From positions 1 to 46,215 of the forward strand of contig JBCCQQ010000050.1 in the NCBI GenBank assembly GCA_039024555.1: DNA of 46,215 nucleotides, written 5' to 3'. The notes under the pieces were generated by a model that was given only the letters and a program-made list of their open reading frames with translations, was not told the origin of the DNA and did no database searches. Positions within the stretch are counted from its first letter, which is position 1. Each line of letters begins with the position of its first letter. Made by a program: the position numbers and the translations under genes. Shown here one piece after another: positions 26,766-37,707 of the stretch. This stretch comes from Cyanobacteria bacterium P01_D01_bin.156 (GTDB taxonomy: Bacteria > Cyanobacteriota > Cyanobacteriia > Phormidesmidales > Phormidesmidaceae).

Positions 26766-28112
26766 CTACGGTAAAAGCGTTTGGAGTTGTTCCCGAAAAT
26801 AGATCCGATAAAGATTACAAATAACCTGAACTCTTCCATCATTAAAATGAACTAGCCCCAGCCCTTCTAATTTGTGGGTTGAAATCGCATCTAACACCAC
26901 TCCTCTGTTCGACTCCACTACAGTTCTAAAGATTGAAGCTAATTCAAGATCGTCAGCTAATGCTATTAACAGTTCTTGCAAATGACTGCGATAAATACCA
27001 TCCGATGTGCATGCCGTAGCTAGTAACTCTCGTAAGGTGATTTCATCTCGATGCAAGTAATAGAACGCTAAATTTGCTAGGTAGGGATGTCCATCGATCA
27101 TCCGGTATAGGGACTCTAAATCTGAATATTGATCGTCTGACCAATGTAAGCCAAATCGATGGGATAAGCCTTGCACTTGTTCAAAGGAAAAGAACGGTAA
27201 CCGGATCGGAATTCCTACATTTAACGGTGACTTTTTTAACTGCAGGGGCGCATACACATCCGTTGAGTAAACTAGAACCATCCGCAGCTTTTGCCAAAGT
27301 GAATTGTCTTTTGACTGTTCGTGCCAAAATCGTAGCATGGGCAAAAAGTCTCGCGCCAGACTAGGGAATTCAAACAGGTAGTTCAGTTCATTAATGCTCA
27401 ACAATAGGGGCTTCTTTAAAGCAGTTAAAATATGCGTTTCTATATAGTGCTTACAGTTCACCTTACTGCCCATCTCTGGAATCCAGCTGGATTCTAAATT
27501 ATCTTCTAGGTTTAAGGCTTGGGTAATATAGCGACAAAACCACTGTAAAAAGATCTCAGTATTATTCAACAGATCTTGGCTCGCTTCCTGAAAATCAAGC
27601 GTAACAATGTGGTACCCCTGTTGTTGAGCATGCCAAGTCAATCGCTTGAGCAGGGAGCTTTTACCCATTCTGCGGGGAGCTTTGATGCGTAGTAAACAGC
27701 CTTCGTGGCCAAGCTCTTCGTAGGCTAGCTGTTCCGTCGGGGGACGTTCTACATACAGTGGCGAATCTAGGGGCAGTGGGCCAGACGGAAAGCGATGACT
27801 CTTTTTTTGGCTGGCAACAACTGTCGATAAAATTGGTCCCCTATCCACAGCACTCGTTGTCAGCAAAGGCTCCAGGACTAGTTTAAGATTCTTTTTAGTT
27901 ATGGGTTTATCAATGGATCGAGATAGCTCACCCCAAAGGACAGAGCCAATCTGCTTCATATAATCGATGCTATAGCCTGAACCTTGGGCAATTTTGTCGT
28001 AGCTTTGCCCCTGCCAAGATTGCAAAAATACTAACTTTTCTAGAGGACTGAGGGTTCGGTTGAACCACTTCTGTTCAATATTTTCCAGCAACTGGTCGTG
28101 GGGCTCGGTCAT
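26766..28112 (-). CDS. N-terminal HTH + AAA_35 NTPase (paralog of 12384..13796)
   Basis: SWQGQSYDKIA, RFPSGPLPLDSPLYVER, APRRMGKSS; Walker B reads LSINE. Confidence 0.87.
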   Translation of the reverse strand: MTEPHDQLLENIEQKWFNRTLSPLEKLVFLQSWQGQSYDKIAQGSGYSIDYMKQIGSVLWGELSRSIDKPITKKNLKLVLEPLLTTSAVDRGPILSTVVASQKKSHRFPSGPLPLDSPLYVERPPTEQLAYEELGHEGCLLRIKAPRRMGKSSLLKRLTWHAQQQGYHIVTLDFQEASQDLLNNTEIFLQWFCRYITQALNLEDNLESSWIPEMGSKVNCKHYIETHILTALKKPLLLSINELNYLFEFPSLARDFLPMLRFWHEQSKDNSLWQKLRMVLVYSTDVYAPLQLKKSPLNVGIPIRLPFFSFEQVQGLSHRFGLHWSDDQYSDLESLYRMIDGHPYLANLAFYYLHRDEITLRELLATACTSDGIYRSHLQELLIALADDLELASIFRTVVESNRGVVLDAISTHKLEGLGLVHFNDGRVQVICNLYRIYFREQLQTLLP

Positions 28113-28211
28113 CGTTTAGGGCTACAGCATTGCAGATTAGGTGGGAGATTGTTGACTATCATACAATTAGCCCAGAGCGCCAACACATAAACAGACTATT
28201 TAGAACTTCTT

Positions 28212-31200
28212 TCACCCACACAGCCTACGATCTTCCTCCACAATCTCAGGATTAGTCCGTAAATAATCAGCAATTAATTCACAGGCAAACTCTGTGTCAT
28301 CGAGCTCCAGAATTTTATCGATGTGCCAGACAATGACATTCTGATCGTCACCACCCGAAGCTAAAAAGGTTCCGTCTGGGCTAAAAGAGACCGCATGGCC
28401 AGACGCTGTATGACCATAGAGCGTTGTTAATAAGGTGCCATCGGTTGACCACAGTCGTATGGTCTGATCAGAACTGGCGGATGCAACAATTTCACCATCG
28501 GGATTAAAGTCTACATCATAAACTTCTCCGTCATGGCCAGTTAGGGTGTGCAGTAAACTGCCGTCTGGTTTCCATAGCTGCACCGTGCCGTCCCAGTTAG
28601 CGGAGGCCAGAGTTTTGTTGTCAGGACTAAAGACAGAAATAACAGAGGAGGCATCTAAGGTGGAAACGGGAGTATCGTCAAGCTGTTTAATGGCAATTTG
28701 ATTATTTTGCTGTGCGATCGCAAACCGCTGACCATCGGGGCTCACATCTAGCCCTAGAATGCCAGCGCCTTGATCCACCATATTTAAAAGCTTTCCGGTC
28801 TGATTCCAAAAGCTTAGATTACCGTTCACACTTGTCGCCATCAGGGTTTCACTATCGGGGGTAAAGTGAACACTCAGGATCGTACTCGTATGACCTTTTA
28901 AGGTGTTCTCTAAAGTACCGGTGCGATAGTCCCAGACATTGATGGTACGGTCGTTACTTCCAGAAGCTAATCGCTGGCCATCCGGGCTAAACGCCAAAGA
29001 AGTAGCCCGGTTTGTATGTCCCGTTAAGGTTTTTATGTGAGTGCCATCCGGCTGCCATAGCTGAACTGTAGCATCCGTATGAGCCGACGCCACGGTCTGA
29101 CCATCGGGGCTAACGCTAACGGTAAAAACGCTGGCCTCCGATGGCATCACTGTTTTTAAGGGATGGTTCACCTGCCAAACGCGCACCGTTTTATCTTGAC
29201 TCGCTGAGAATAGCTGTTGCCCATCGGGACTAAAAACAACATCATGAACAGCGGCCTGATGCCCTGCAAATATCTGCAGTAAACGCCCCTCTAAACTCCA
29301 TAGTTTAACCAGACCGTCTGCCCCGGTGGATGCAAACGTCTGCCCGTCGGGACTAAAGGTGAGATCTCGAACAAATCCGTCGTGGGCCTGTAGGGTTAAC
29401 TGTTCCAGCATCTCTAACGGAGACTCTCCCCGCTGCCAGATTTTAATAACGCCGTTGGAGTCCCCCGAGAGGAGGTAAGCGCCATCCGAGCGCCAGTCTA
29501 AACCATGGACATAGGTACCATTGTGGGGCAATACAGCCTGGCCCGTACCGTTAACCTGCCACAACCGCACCGTGCCATCACTGCTGGTAGATGCCAGATA
29601 TTGATCGTCAGCTGTAAAGACAACATTGGAAACGCCGCTGCCATGGTCGGCCAGCGTCTTTACTGTGGTACCGTTTTGATCCCATATTCGAATGGTGCCA
29701 TCCGAGCTGGCTGAAGCTAAATAGTCTCCATTACGACTCCAAGCCACACTAAACAGTTCGGCACTATGACCCTGCCAGGTAGCTTGTTGTTGGCCGTCAG
29801 AATCATAGATCCGAATGTTACTGTCTTGCCCCCCAACGGCAATGCGCTGACCATCGGGACTCATTTTAATTTTGACATTGGGGGACACATCACTATCAGT
29901 GATGCTCCACATTAAGGTGCCATCCCGCTGCCATCGGTGAATTTCGTTGGTGCCCCCAATCGTTACCAAACTTTCACCATCCGGACTCCAATCTATTCCC
30001 CAAAGCCCGGTATTGGAACCAGAAAATCGGTTTATTTCCTGGGCGGCATAGATTGAGCGATTGAGAATCGTATCCACCTGGCTAACCAGGGTCGGCGGCG
30101 GCGACTGATTTAATGCGTTTAACCGCTGCTTTGTTTTGACACTGACAAAGATTGCATCCAAAAGTTGTTGCGAGGCTAAGCTGCCCTGGGCCGCTGACAT
30201 TAGAGCCTCAACTTCACTCAATCGGGCCTGGTTTTCGTTGTGCAAGGCTCGACGAGATTGCCAAAAGGCCACCATACTAAGGGCGATCGCACCCACCAGC
30301 CCCACAGAAACAGCCCCTAGCAAATAACGCTGTAGCTTACTGGCCCGACGTTCTTGTTCCAGCCTGGCCTTAACTTCTTTTGCCTGGGCAACCTCAAACT
30401 GTTGTTGAGCTTCCTGTCGTTCTAAGGCTTCGCTGGCCCTAAGAAACTGATAGTCTAGGTCATCTAAACTTTTATCTACGGCCCATTGTTGCGCATCCTG
30501 TAAGGCCTGCCCCCGCAACAGACGAGATGAATCTTGCTGGTGAGATGCATCCCAAACCTTTAAGGCCTGGGCATAGGGGCGCAGGTTAGCCAGCTGTTGA
30601 GTCACCCAGGTCTGGTTAAATACAGCGGCATAAATTGGGTTGCGAATGCGCAGGATATTTTGGTGTTGAACCACTAAACCCGACAGTAATAGCTCTGTTT
30701 GTTCTAAACTATCGTCGGTGGATATGGACTCTCCTTGCAAGAGCTTTTGGTATAACCCTAATAGTCGTCCGGCACGCATTTCATTGCGAAGAATGCGATC
30801 GCGAATGGTGCGTAAATGCTCTGGCTCGTCCTGGGACTCCCAATGATCAATCAGCTGATTGTATACAAGCTGAGCCACCCAATCAGCATCCCCTAAACCC
30901 AATACATCTTTTGTTGTCGTCATCCGGCTAGCAACTGTAGCCAGCTGACACAGCTTTTGGGTAAGAAACGGCTGTCCCCCAGTCCAATCCAAAATCGTTT
31001 GCAACACCGTTTTCGCATCCCGCTGACCAACCGCCAGACCATCCGCCAGGTGAGACGCTTCGGCCATGGAAAAGCCATGGAGTGTGACAGCATGGCCGAT
31101 ATTAAACGGGGTACGAGTTTTATCCTGAATTAAGTCTGCGGGAGTTGCCACCCCAAACAAGGCAAACGTAATCCGCTGAAAGATGGGATTGAGTGCCCGT

Positions 31201-31706
31201 TGGTTGTAGCAGTAGCGAACCAGCGCAAAAAAGTCATCCACAGCGAAGGGCAACGCCAGTACGCTATCAATTTCATCGACCATAATAAACAGCCGCTGAT
31301 CGGCCAGCTGCTTAAGCAGCACCTCACTTAAAAAGTGGCTGAGCTTTTGCACCAAGGGCATATCCCCCTGCTGTTGCCACCAACCATGCAGCTCTGCCAT
31401 GGAAAACTCAAAGGGGTGTTCAGTTTGTAACCCACTCACAAGCTCGCCCAGAATACCTTTGTACCACTGTTGTGGCGTAATCATCTCTGTTCCCACGTTG
31501 GTCATATCTAACGTGAGACACTGATGCCCGTCTCGGTGCAGCCGTTTTTTGGTCCTTACCAGCAGTGATGATTTACCCATCTGCCGGGTATTAAAGACAT
31601 AACAAAATTCTCCCTGCTGTAGCGACTGATATAAGTCCCCATCTGCCTGCCGCACCACATAGGTTGGGTCCTGGTTGGTTAAGGTGCCACCAATCTGATA
31701 GCGCAT
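28212..31706 (-). CDS. AAA_35 NTPase + TM + WD40 repeat protein
   Basis: MRYQIGG start parallels the 14117 gene; NTRQMGKSS, MVDEID; TM LLGAVSVGLVGAIALSMVAFW; ~14 WD40 repeats (GH...FSPDG...S.S.D..V.LW). Confidence 0.92.
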   Translation of the reverse strand: MRYQIGGTLTNQDPTYVVRQADGDLYQSLQQGEFCYVFNTRQMGKSSLLVRTKKRLHRDGHQCLTLDMTNVGTEMITPQQWYKGILGELVSGLQTEHPFEFSMAELHGWWQQQGDMPLVQKLSHFLSEVLLKQLADQRLFIMVDEIDSVLALPFAVDDFFALVRYCYNQRALNPIFQRITFALFGVATPADLIQDKTRTPFNIGHAVTLHGFSMAEASHLADGLAVGQRDAKTVLQTILDWTGGQPFLTQKLCQLATVASRMTTTKDVLGLGDADWVAQLVYNQLIDHWESQDEPEHLRTIRDRILRNEMRAGRLLGLYQKLLQGESISTDDSLEQTELLLSGLVVQHQNILRIRNPIYAAVFNQTWVTQQLANLRPYAQALKVWDASHQQDSSRLLRGQALQDAQQWAVDKSLDDLDYQFLRASEALERQEAQQQFEVAQAKEVKARLEQERRASKLQRYLLGAVSVGLVGAIALSMVAFWQSRRALHNENQARLSEVEALMSAAQGSLASQQLLDAIFVSVKTKQRLNALNQSPPPTLVSQVDTILNRSIYAAQEINRFSGSNTGLWGIDWSPDGESLVTIGGTNEIHRWQRDGTLMWSITDSDVSPNVKIKMSPDGQRIAVGGQDSNIRIYDSDGQQQATWQGHSAELFSVAWSRNGDYLASASSDGTIRIWDQNGTTVKTLADHGSGVSNVVFTADDQYLASTSSDGTVRLWQVNGTGQAVLPHNGTYVHGLDWRSDGAYLLSGDSNGVIKIWQRGESPLEMLEQLTLQAHDGFVRDLTFSPDGQTFASTGADGLVKLWSLEGRLLQIFAGHQAAVHDVVFSPDGQQLFSASQDKTVRVWQVNHPLKTVMPSEASVFTVSVSPDGQTVASAHTDATVQLWQPDGTHIKTLTGHTNRATSLAFSPDGQRLASGSNDRTINVWDYRTGTLENTLKGHTSTILSVHFTPDSETLMATSVNGNLSFWNQTGKLLNMVDQGAGILGLDVSPDGQRFAIAQQNNQIAIKQLDDTPVSTLDASSVISVFSPDNKTLASANWDGTVQLWKPDGSLLHTLTGHDGEVYDVDFNPDGEIVASASSDQTIRLWSTDGTLLTTLYGHTASGHAVSFSPDGTFLASGGDDQNVIVWHIDKILELDDTEFACELIADYLRTNPEIVEEDRRLCG

Positions 31707-31926
31707 TTGGTACAGCACTTCTGAGACCTCAGTGTAGAGTGTGCTAGTACGCTACCAACCCAAAGACGATGCACAAGGCAAAAGATGAAAAAGTTATTTT
31801 CTTTAGTGAATAACTCACCTTTATTACTTTTCTATCCAAGAGATTTGTTGGCTGGTCAAGTTTACTTATCGAGACTGTTGAACGATATGAACCAGACCCT
31901 ATGTCTCAGTCTTATTACTTCTCAGC

Positions 31927-33240
31927 TTACTCCCAGGCTTTTTGTCGGAGTGTGTTCACGTACTTTGCCGCTTGCTCAAGACTTGCGAACTCATCTGAAT
32001 ATCGTTGATAAAAAATAGTGACTATTTCATTACAGTCCGAGTCTTTATCATCATCGATTTCAACACTTTCGGGCAGTGGAGCATTACACATAAGGGGTGG
32101 GTTTTCACTGTTTAGTTGTGATGCAAGCAACCCAATGTCAGTCAATCTTAAATCTGTACCAAGGAAAATAGCACTGCTAAGATTGGCGTTACTAAAATCG
32201 GCATTATTGAGCTTGGTATTACTAAAGTCTGCTCCGCTGAGGTTGGCTCCGCTAAAGTCGGTCCAACTAAGGTCAGCGTCACTAAAATCGGCCTCACTAA
32301 GATTAGTGCCACTAAGGTCAACATTGCCAAAATCAGATCCACTGGGGTCAGAACCCCTAAGATCAGCGCTGCTCAGGTCTGTATTACTGAAAAATGCATC
32401 GCTTAGGTCTGTATCTTTCAGTTCTGCAGAAGATAGGTCGGCATTACTGAGATCTACTCCAGCTAGGTCAGCATTACTCAAGTTAGCAAAGGACAGATCG
32501 GCATTGCTGAGATTTACTCTAGATAGATCAGCATTAGGTAAATCAATTCCTTCTAGCGAAACACGATCACGAATCAGTGATTCAATAGCCTTGATTCTGG
32601 CATGACTTGTTTCAATGCCAGCTGCATTATCAATCACCTGCCATAGTTCAGCCTGTTTATCAGCTTTTCGCTCAGATGCTTCAAGGATGAATAGAGTGGC
32701 TGCTAGTAAGACTGCGATCGCTTCAACCTTATCCGCTAAAATTCGAACAAAGTCGGCAACTGTACGAATAGGATCTGACTGCGCTTTTTGTCCCTCTGCC
32801 CAAATGATGACGGAAATAAATGCAATAACAACAAGAGAGGCATATATCCATTTAGTTCCGATGGGGCTTGCGATACGAATTCCCCAGGAGCCAACTCTAG
32901 CAAAGTAAAAGGGCGTTACCAACCCGACAAGAAAGAGAAATAGATTTAATAATTTTGGCTTAGGTAAACCTAAGAAGTTACTTACCTGCTGAGTGATCCA
33001 GCCAATAACAACTGTGGCTCCAACTTGGATAGCTTGACCAGAGGTTGTAAGTATTTTGATAATCCAGATACCTAGGGCCAAGAAAAATAAGAATAGATGT
33101 AAAATCGTTGGCCTCAATAGCCTGAAAAAGCTCGCTACATTTCCCTTAAGCCAGATGACAATGGATTTTAGGGAAGCTACAAGGAATTGCCTTAAACGGC
33201 TAAATTTGCTCCAGAATTTCATGCCAGCTGCCTCAAACAT
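31927..33240 (-). CDS. Membrane protein with pentapeptide repeats
   Basis: Several TM segments, then A(D/N)LSx pentapeptide repeats. Confidence 0.9.
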   Translation of the reverse strand: MFEAAGMKFWSKFSRLRQFLVASLKSIVIWLKGNVASFFRLLRPTILHLFLFFLALGIWIIKILTTSGQAIQVGATVVIGWITQQVSNFLGLPKPKLLNLFLFLVGLVTPFYFARVGSWGIRIASPIGTKWIYASLVVIAFISVIIWAEGQKAQSDPIRTVADFVRILADKVEAIAVLLAATLFILEASERKADKQAELWQVIDNAAGIETSHARIKAIESLIRDRVSLEGIDLPNADLSRVNLSNADLSFANLSNADLAGVDLSNADLSSAELKDTDLSDAFFSNTDLSSADLRGSDPSGSDFGNVDLSGTNLSEADFSDADLSWTDFSGANLSGADFSNTKLNNADFSNANLSSAIFLGTDLRLTDIGLLASQLNSENPPLMCNAPLPESVEIDDDKDSDCNEIVTIFYQRYSDEFASLEQAAKYVNTLRQKAWE

Positions 33241-33947
33241 AGCTGAAACCTATCATGCGGCACAAATGCGCCTTCATTAGAGTTAGGTGCATTAGGTCAA
33301 TCCAAAACAACAGAACGGTTCTAGCGCACAGACTGTTTTACCTGCCAGCAATAACTGGGTGTTTGCCGAGGGGTGCAGAGCGGAGCATACAAGACCGAAA
33401 AACCTGAGAGATCCGGATTAGTGAGCTAGACAGCACGAATTAGTAATCAGAGAGGACTGCCCCCTTTCTTTCGGATATTAGGGAATACAAATGAACCAAA
33501 TAGAGAGGCGATTTATTGTGATCGCTAGCCTTGCTGCGTTATTTGTCATGTATGCATTTGCGATTGATAGGAACTTTCAAACCTGTGTTGCTCAACTCGG
33601 TAATTGGCAAACGTGCGTCCATTTATTCAGCCGATGAGCGTTATTCCAAGGTTGAAGGTACGGATTACAGACATATTGCCCTCCGTTTAAGTGAGGTCGC
33701 TTTTTTGCCGGTGCTGATTCAAGTAGTGGTCTGTAAAACCTCTCAAAGTGAAGGTTTTGGAAACTAAAATCATCCCGAGGATCAGCAACGCCACCTTTTT
33801 ATTGTTTAAAGCAGGTCTTGGGGACCTTAGTTTTTGAGGGATTCTCAAGCTTCTCAAGGGAAAAAGATTAAAACTATTGAAGCAGTAGGAAGTTCTGAGG
33901 CAGAATGACTGGAGCGTAGTTAAACCCCCTTAGTTTTTTCCTGCACC

Positions 33948-36863
33948 GTGACTGACCCCAAAAGCGCCGACGCTAAGAGCTATAAGGACACCGTCCTACT
34001 GCCCAAGACCGACTTTAGTATGCGGGCCAACGCAGTAAAGCGTGAGCCAGAACTGCAGGCTTTTTGGGATGACAGCAAAATTTATGAAACCCTGTCCCAG
34101 GAAAATTCAGGGGAGGTGTTTGTGCTCCACGATGGGCCGCCCTATGCCAATGGCAGCCTCCACATGGGCCACGCCTTAAATAAGGTGCTTAAGGACATTA
34201 TTAATAAATATCAGCTGCTGCGCGATCGCAAAGTCCGCTACGTACCGGGTTGGGACTGCCACGGACTGCCCATTGAACTCAAGGTTCTGCAAACCATTGA
34301 CCGCAAAGTGCGGGCCAACCTAACGCCCCTGGAACTACGCAAAAAGGCTAAGGAATTTGCCCTAGAAACCGTCGAAAAGCAAGCTAAGGGGTTCCGGCGC
34401 TTTGGCGTTTGGGGCAACTGGGAAAAACCCTACATGACTCTACAGCCTGAATACGAAGCTGCCCAGCTCGACGTATTTGGGGAAATGGTCCACAAAGGCT
34501 ACATCTACCGTGGCCTCAAGTCCGTCCACTGGAGCCCATCGTCCCAGACAGCCCTGGCCGAAGCTGAATTAGAGTATCCCGAAGGCCACACGTCCCCCAG
34601 TATCTATGTGGGTTTCCCCATCGCCAGCGCCTCCGATGCTGCTAAAGACGCCCTAGCACCCTATATGGACGGCCTAGGCGTCGCCATCTGGACCACCACA
34701 CCCTGGACTATTCCCGCCAATGTGGCCGTTGCCGTTAATTCAGAACTCACATACACCGTTGTTGAGGTGGGCGCGGGTGAACCCTACAAGTATTTGATTG
34801 TTGGTAAGGACCTGATTGAGACCCTAGCCGCTTCCTTTGGCACTGAGCTTACCGCCAAGGTAGACATCAACGGTGCTGACCTGGCTGGATGCACCTATCA
34901 CCATCCGCTTTATCAAAAAGAAAACACCTTTAATCGGGAGAGCCCCATTGTTATCGGCGGCGACTACATCACCACCGAGTCCGGTACGGGTCTAGTCCAC
35001 ACCGCCCCCGGCCACGGTATGGAAGACTTTGGTGTCGGGCAAAAGTATGGTCTACCTATTCTGTGTCCGGTGGATGCCAGGGGTAACTTTACCGCCGAAG
35101 CAGGTAGCTTTGAAGGGTTGAACGTACTCAAAACTGCCAATGAAGAGCTGATCAAGGCCCTGACCGAGGCCAATGCTCTGCTTAAACATGAGCCCTATCA
35201 GCACAAGTATCCCTACGACTGGCGTACCAAAAAGCCCACCATCTTCCGGGCAACAGAACAGTGGTTTGCTTCAGTAGAAGGCTTCCGGGATGAGGCCCTC
35301 AAGGCAATCTCTGAGGTGCAGTGGATTCCAGCCCAGGGAGAGAACCGGATTACCCCCATGGTTGGCGACCGGTCTGACTGGTGTATCTCTCGTCAGCGTA
35401 ACTGGGGGGTGCCCATTCCTGCTTTCTACGATGAAGAAACCGGCGAAGTGCTAATGAACCAGGAGACCATCGCCCATGTGAGAGCGATCTTTGCTGAGCA
35501 TGGTTCCGATGCCTGGTGGAGCATGTCTGTAGAAGAGTTGTTGCCCGAGAGCTATCGCAACAACGGTCGCACCTACAAGCGTGGCTTTGACACCATGGAT
35601 GTATGGTTCGACTCGGGGTCTTCTTGGGCTGCGGTGGCGGACCAGCGAGATGCCCTGAAGTATCCGGTAGATTTATACCTAGAAGGGTCTGATCAGCACC
35701 GGGGCTGGTTCCAGTCTAGTTTGTTAACCAGTGTGGCGGCCCACGGCTGCGCCCCCTACAAGACCGTTCTTACCCACGGGTTTGCCCTGGATGAAAAGGG
35801 TCGCAAAATGAGTAAGTCCATCGGTAACGTGGTGGACCCCTACGAGATTATCGAAGGGGGCAAAAACAAAAAGCAAGATCCGCCCTACGGCGCGGATGTA
35901 CTTCGTCTATGGGTCTCTTCAGTTGATTATTCATCTGATGTACCCATCGGTAAAAACATTCTCAAACAGCTGGCGGATGTGTACCGCAAGATTCGCAATA
36001 CCTCGCGATTTTTGTTGGGCAACCTATACGACTTTGATCCAGCTAAGGATGCGGTGCCCTATGAGCAGCTGCCTTCCCTTGACCAGTACATGCTTCACCG
36101 CATGACGGAGGTTTTTGCTGATGTGGAAAATGCCTTTGATACCTACCAGTTCTTTAAGTTCTTCCAGACAGTGCAAAACTTCTGTGTGGTGGATCTCTCC
36201 AACTTTTATCTAGATATTGCCAAGGATCGTCTTTACATTAGCGATGCGGCATCTCTACGGCGGCGCAGCTGTCAGACGGTGCTGGCAGTGGCCCTGGAGA
36301 ACTTGGCTAAGTCCGTTGCCCCAGTACTATGTCACATGGCAGAGGATATCTGGCAGTTTATGCCCTACGAGACCGGCACCAAGTCTGTGTTTGAAGCGGG
36401 TTGGGTGAAAATTGACCCACAGTGGAAAAAGCCAGAACTGGCAGACACCTGGAACCAGCTGAGAGAGCTACGGGACGAGGTGAACAAGGTACTGGAGCAG
36501 GCCCGCTCTGCCAAGGATATTGGTTCTTCCTTGGAAGCTAAAGCGCTTATCTACGTTGCTGATACACAGCTCAGAGAACAACTAGCTGCCATGAATCCTA
36601 CCGATGCGGTGGCAGAGGGTTCTATGCACGTGGACGAAGCCCGGTATTTGTTCTTAGTATCCCAGGTGGAGATTTTGGACAGTACCGACCGACTAAAGGA
36701 CATCAAGTATCGCAGTGAGTCCGATGCCTTTGGTATTGGCATTGTGGATGCGGATGGTAAAAAGTGCGATCGCTGCTGGAACTACTCCACCCATGTAGGT
36801 GAGTCGGCAGAACATAGCACCGTCTGTGAGCGTTGCGTAGCTGCCCTAGCTGGTAACTTCTAA
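33948..36863 (+). CDS. ileS: Isoleucine--tRNA ligase (type 1)
   Basis: HDGPPYANG.LHMGH, GWDCHGLP, WTTTPWT, DWCISRQR, KMSKS and C-terminal CDRCW...CERC zinc finger. Confidence 0.99.
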   Translation: MTDPKSADAKSYKDTVLLPKTDFSMRANAVKREPELQAFWDDSKIYETLSQENSGEVFVLHDGPPYANGSLHMGHALNKVLKDIINKYQLLRDRKVRYVPGWDCHGLPIELKVLQTIDRKVRANLTPLELRKKAKEFALETVEKQAKGFRRFGVWGNWEKPYMTLQPEYEAAQLDVFGEMVHKGYIYRGLKSVHWSPSSQTALAEAELEYPEGHTSPSIYVGFPIASASDAAKDALAPYMDGLGVAIWTTTPWTIPANVAVAVNSELTYTVVEVGAGEPYKYLIVGKDLIETLAASFGTELTAKVDINGADLAGCTYHHPLYQKENTFNRESPIVIGGDYITTESGTGLVHTAPGHGMEDFGVGQKYGLPILCPVDARGNFTAEAGSFEGLNVLKTANEELIKALTEANALLKHEPYQHKYPYDWRTKKPTIFRATEQWFASVEGFRDEALKAISEVQWIPAQGENRITPMVGDRSDWCISRQRNWGVPIPAFYDEETGEVLMNQETIAHVRAIFAEHGSDAWWSMSVEELLPESYRNNGRTYKRGFDTMDVWFDSGSSWAAVADQRDALKYPVDLYLEGSDQHRGWFQSSLLTSVAAHGCAPYKTVLTHGFALDEKGRKMSKSIGNVVDPYEIIEGGKNKKQDPPYGADVLRLWVSSVDYSSDVPIGKNILKQLADVYRKIRNTSRFLLGNLYDFDPAKDAVPYEQLPSLDQYMLHRMTEVFADVENAFDTYQFFKFFQTVQNFCVVDLSNFYLDIAKDRLYISDAASLRRRSCQTVLAVALENLAKSVAPVLCHMAEDIWQFMPYETGTKSVFEAGWVKIDPQWKKPELADTWNQLRELRDEVNKVLEQARSAKDIGSSLEAKALIYVADTQLREQLAAMNPTDAVAEGSMHVDEARYLFLVSQVEILDSTDRLKDIKYRSESDAFGIGIVDADGKKCDRCWNYSTHVGESAEHSTVCERCVAALAGNF

Positions 36864-36911
36864 GCTGGCTGACCATAGTTGGTTAAGGATGGTACTAATT
36901 GGGATAATCCA

Positions 36912-37502
36912 ATGGCCACTAACACCAAAACCAGAATGACCTTTGAGGCGTATCTGACCTATGACGATGGGACAGATACGCGATACGAGTGGATTGATGG
37001 AGAGCTGGTGGCGATGCCAACAGAATCTGAGTTTAATGAGTGGCTATCGTTTGCTCTCCAGCTTTACTTTATTAATTCAGGGTTGGTGAGACCTCGTTTG
37101 ATCAAGCATTATACCTGTGAGTTAGAAGTGCCTGCATTGGAGCCTAAGCAGCCTCGCAATCGCTTTCCAGATTTAGTCATTTTGCGTCCAGAACATATTG
37201 AACTGACGCAAAATCGCTTGACGATTCAAATGGAAATGCCGCCACCTGATTTGGTTATGGAAGTGGTCAGTCCGGGTAAGGCGAATCGATCACGCGACTA
37301 TGAAGAGAAACGCGACCAGTATGAAGCCCGAGAAATACCTGAATATTGGTTATTAGATCCAGAACAAGCAACGGTAACTATTCTGGCTTTGAAAGGCGAC
37401 ACATATGATGAATCAATGTTTACAGGTAATCAGAAGATTATTTCTGATCTGTTTCCAGGGTTCGCTCTCACTGCTCAGCAAGTGTTAAATCCACCTGAAT
37501 AA
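36912..37502 (+). CDS. Uma2 / DUF820 family putative endonuclease
   Basis: MTFE.YL, RYE..DGEL..MP, R.PDL, EVVSPG...RDY..KR..Y....IPEYW..DP. Confidence 0.92.
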   Translation: MATNTKTRMTFEAYLTYDDGTDTRYEWIDGELVAMPTESEFNEWLSFALQLYFINSGLVRPRLIKHYTCELEVPALEPKQPRNRFPDLVILRPEHIELTQNRLTIQMEMPPPDLVMEVVSPGKANRSRDYEEKRDQYEAREIPEYWLLDPEQATVTILALKGDTYDESMFTGNQKIISDLFPGFALTAQQVLNPPE

Positions 37503-37707
37503 AGATTGGTAGTGATCTACTTCAACTGGATATGGCAGCACAGTCGCACTGGAGATACAGCTGCTCAGAGAGCAGAGATAACCACGAAAGCTTGGGCCGA
37601 GAGTGACATTTCTGCATATCCCACGTTTTTCTGAAGCACGACCCAAAATCCCTAAACTTCAAAACGTTTCAAAAACAATAAACGGATTTAATAGACAACA
37701 ACCTATA

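Noticed and set aside
32018..32908. Long Ser/Leu-rich + strand ORFs
   Set aside because: Antisense shadows of the pentapeptide-repeat gene; the periodic codons exclude stops.
33531..33767. 78-aa ORF and long intergenic region upstream of ileS (possible T-box)
   Set aside because: No protein motif, and no T-box consensus or terminator/antiterminator found.
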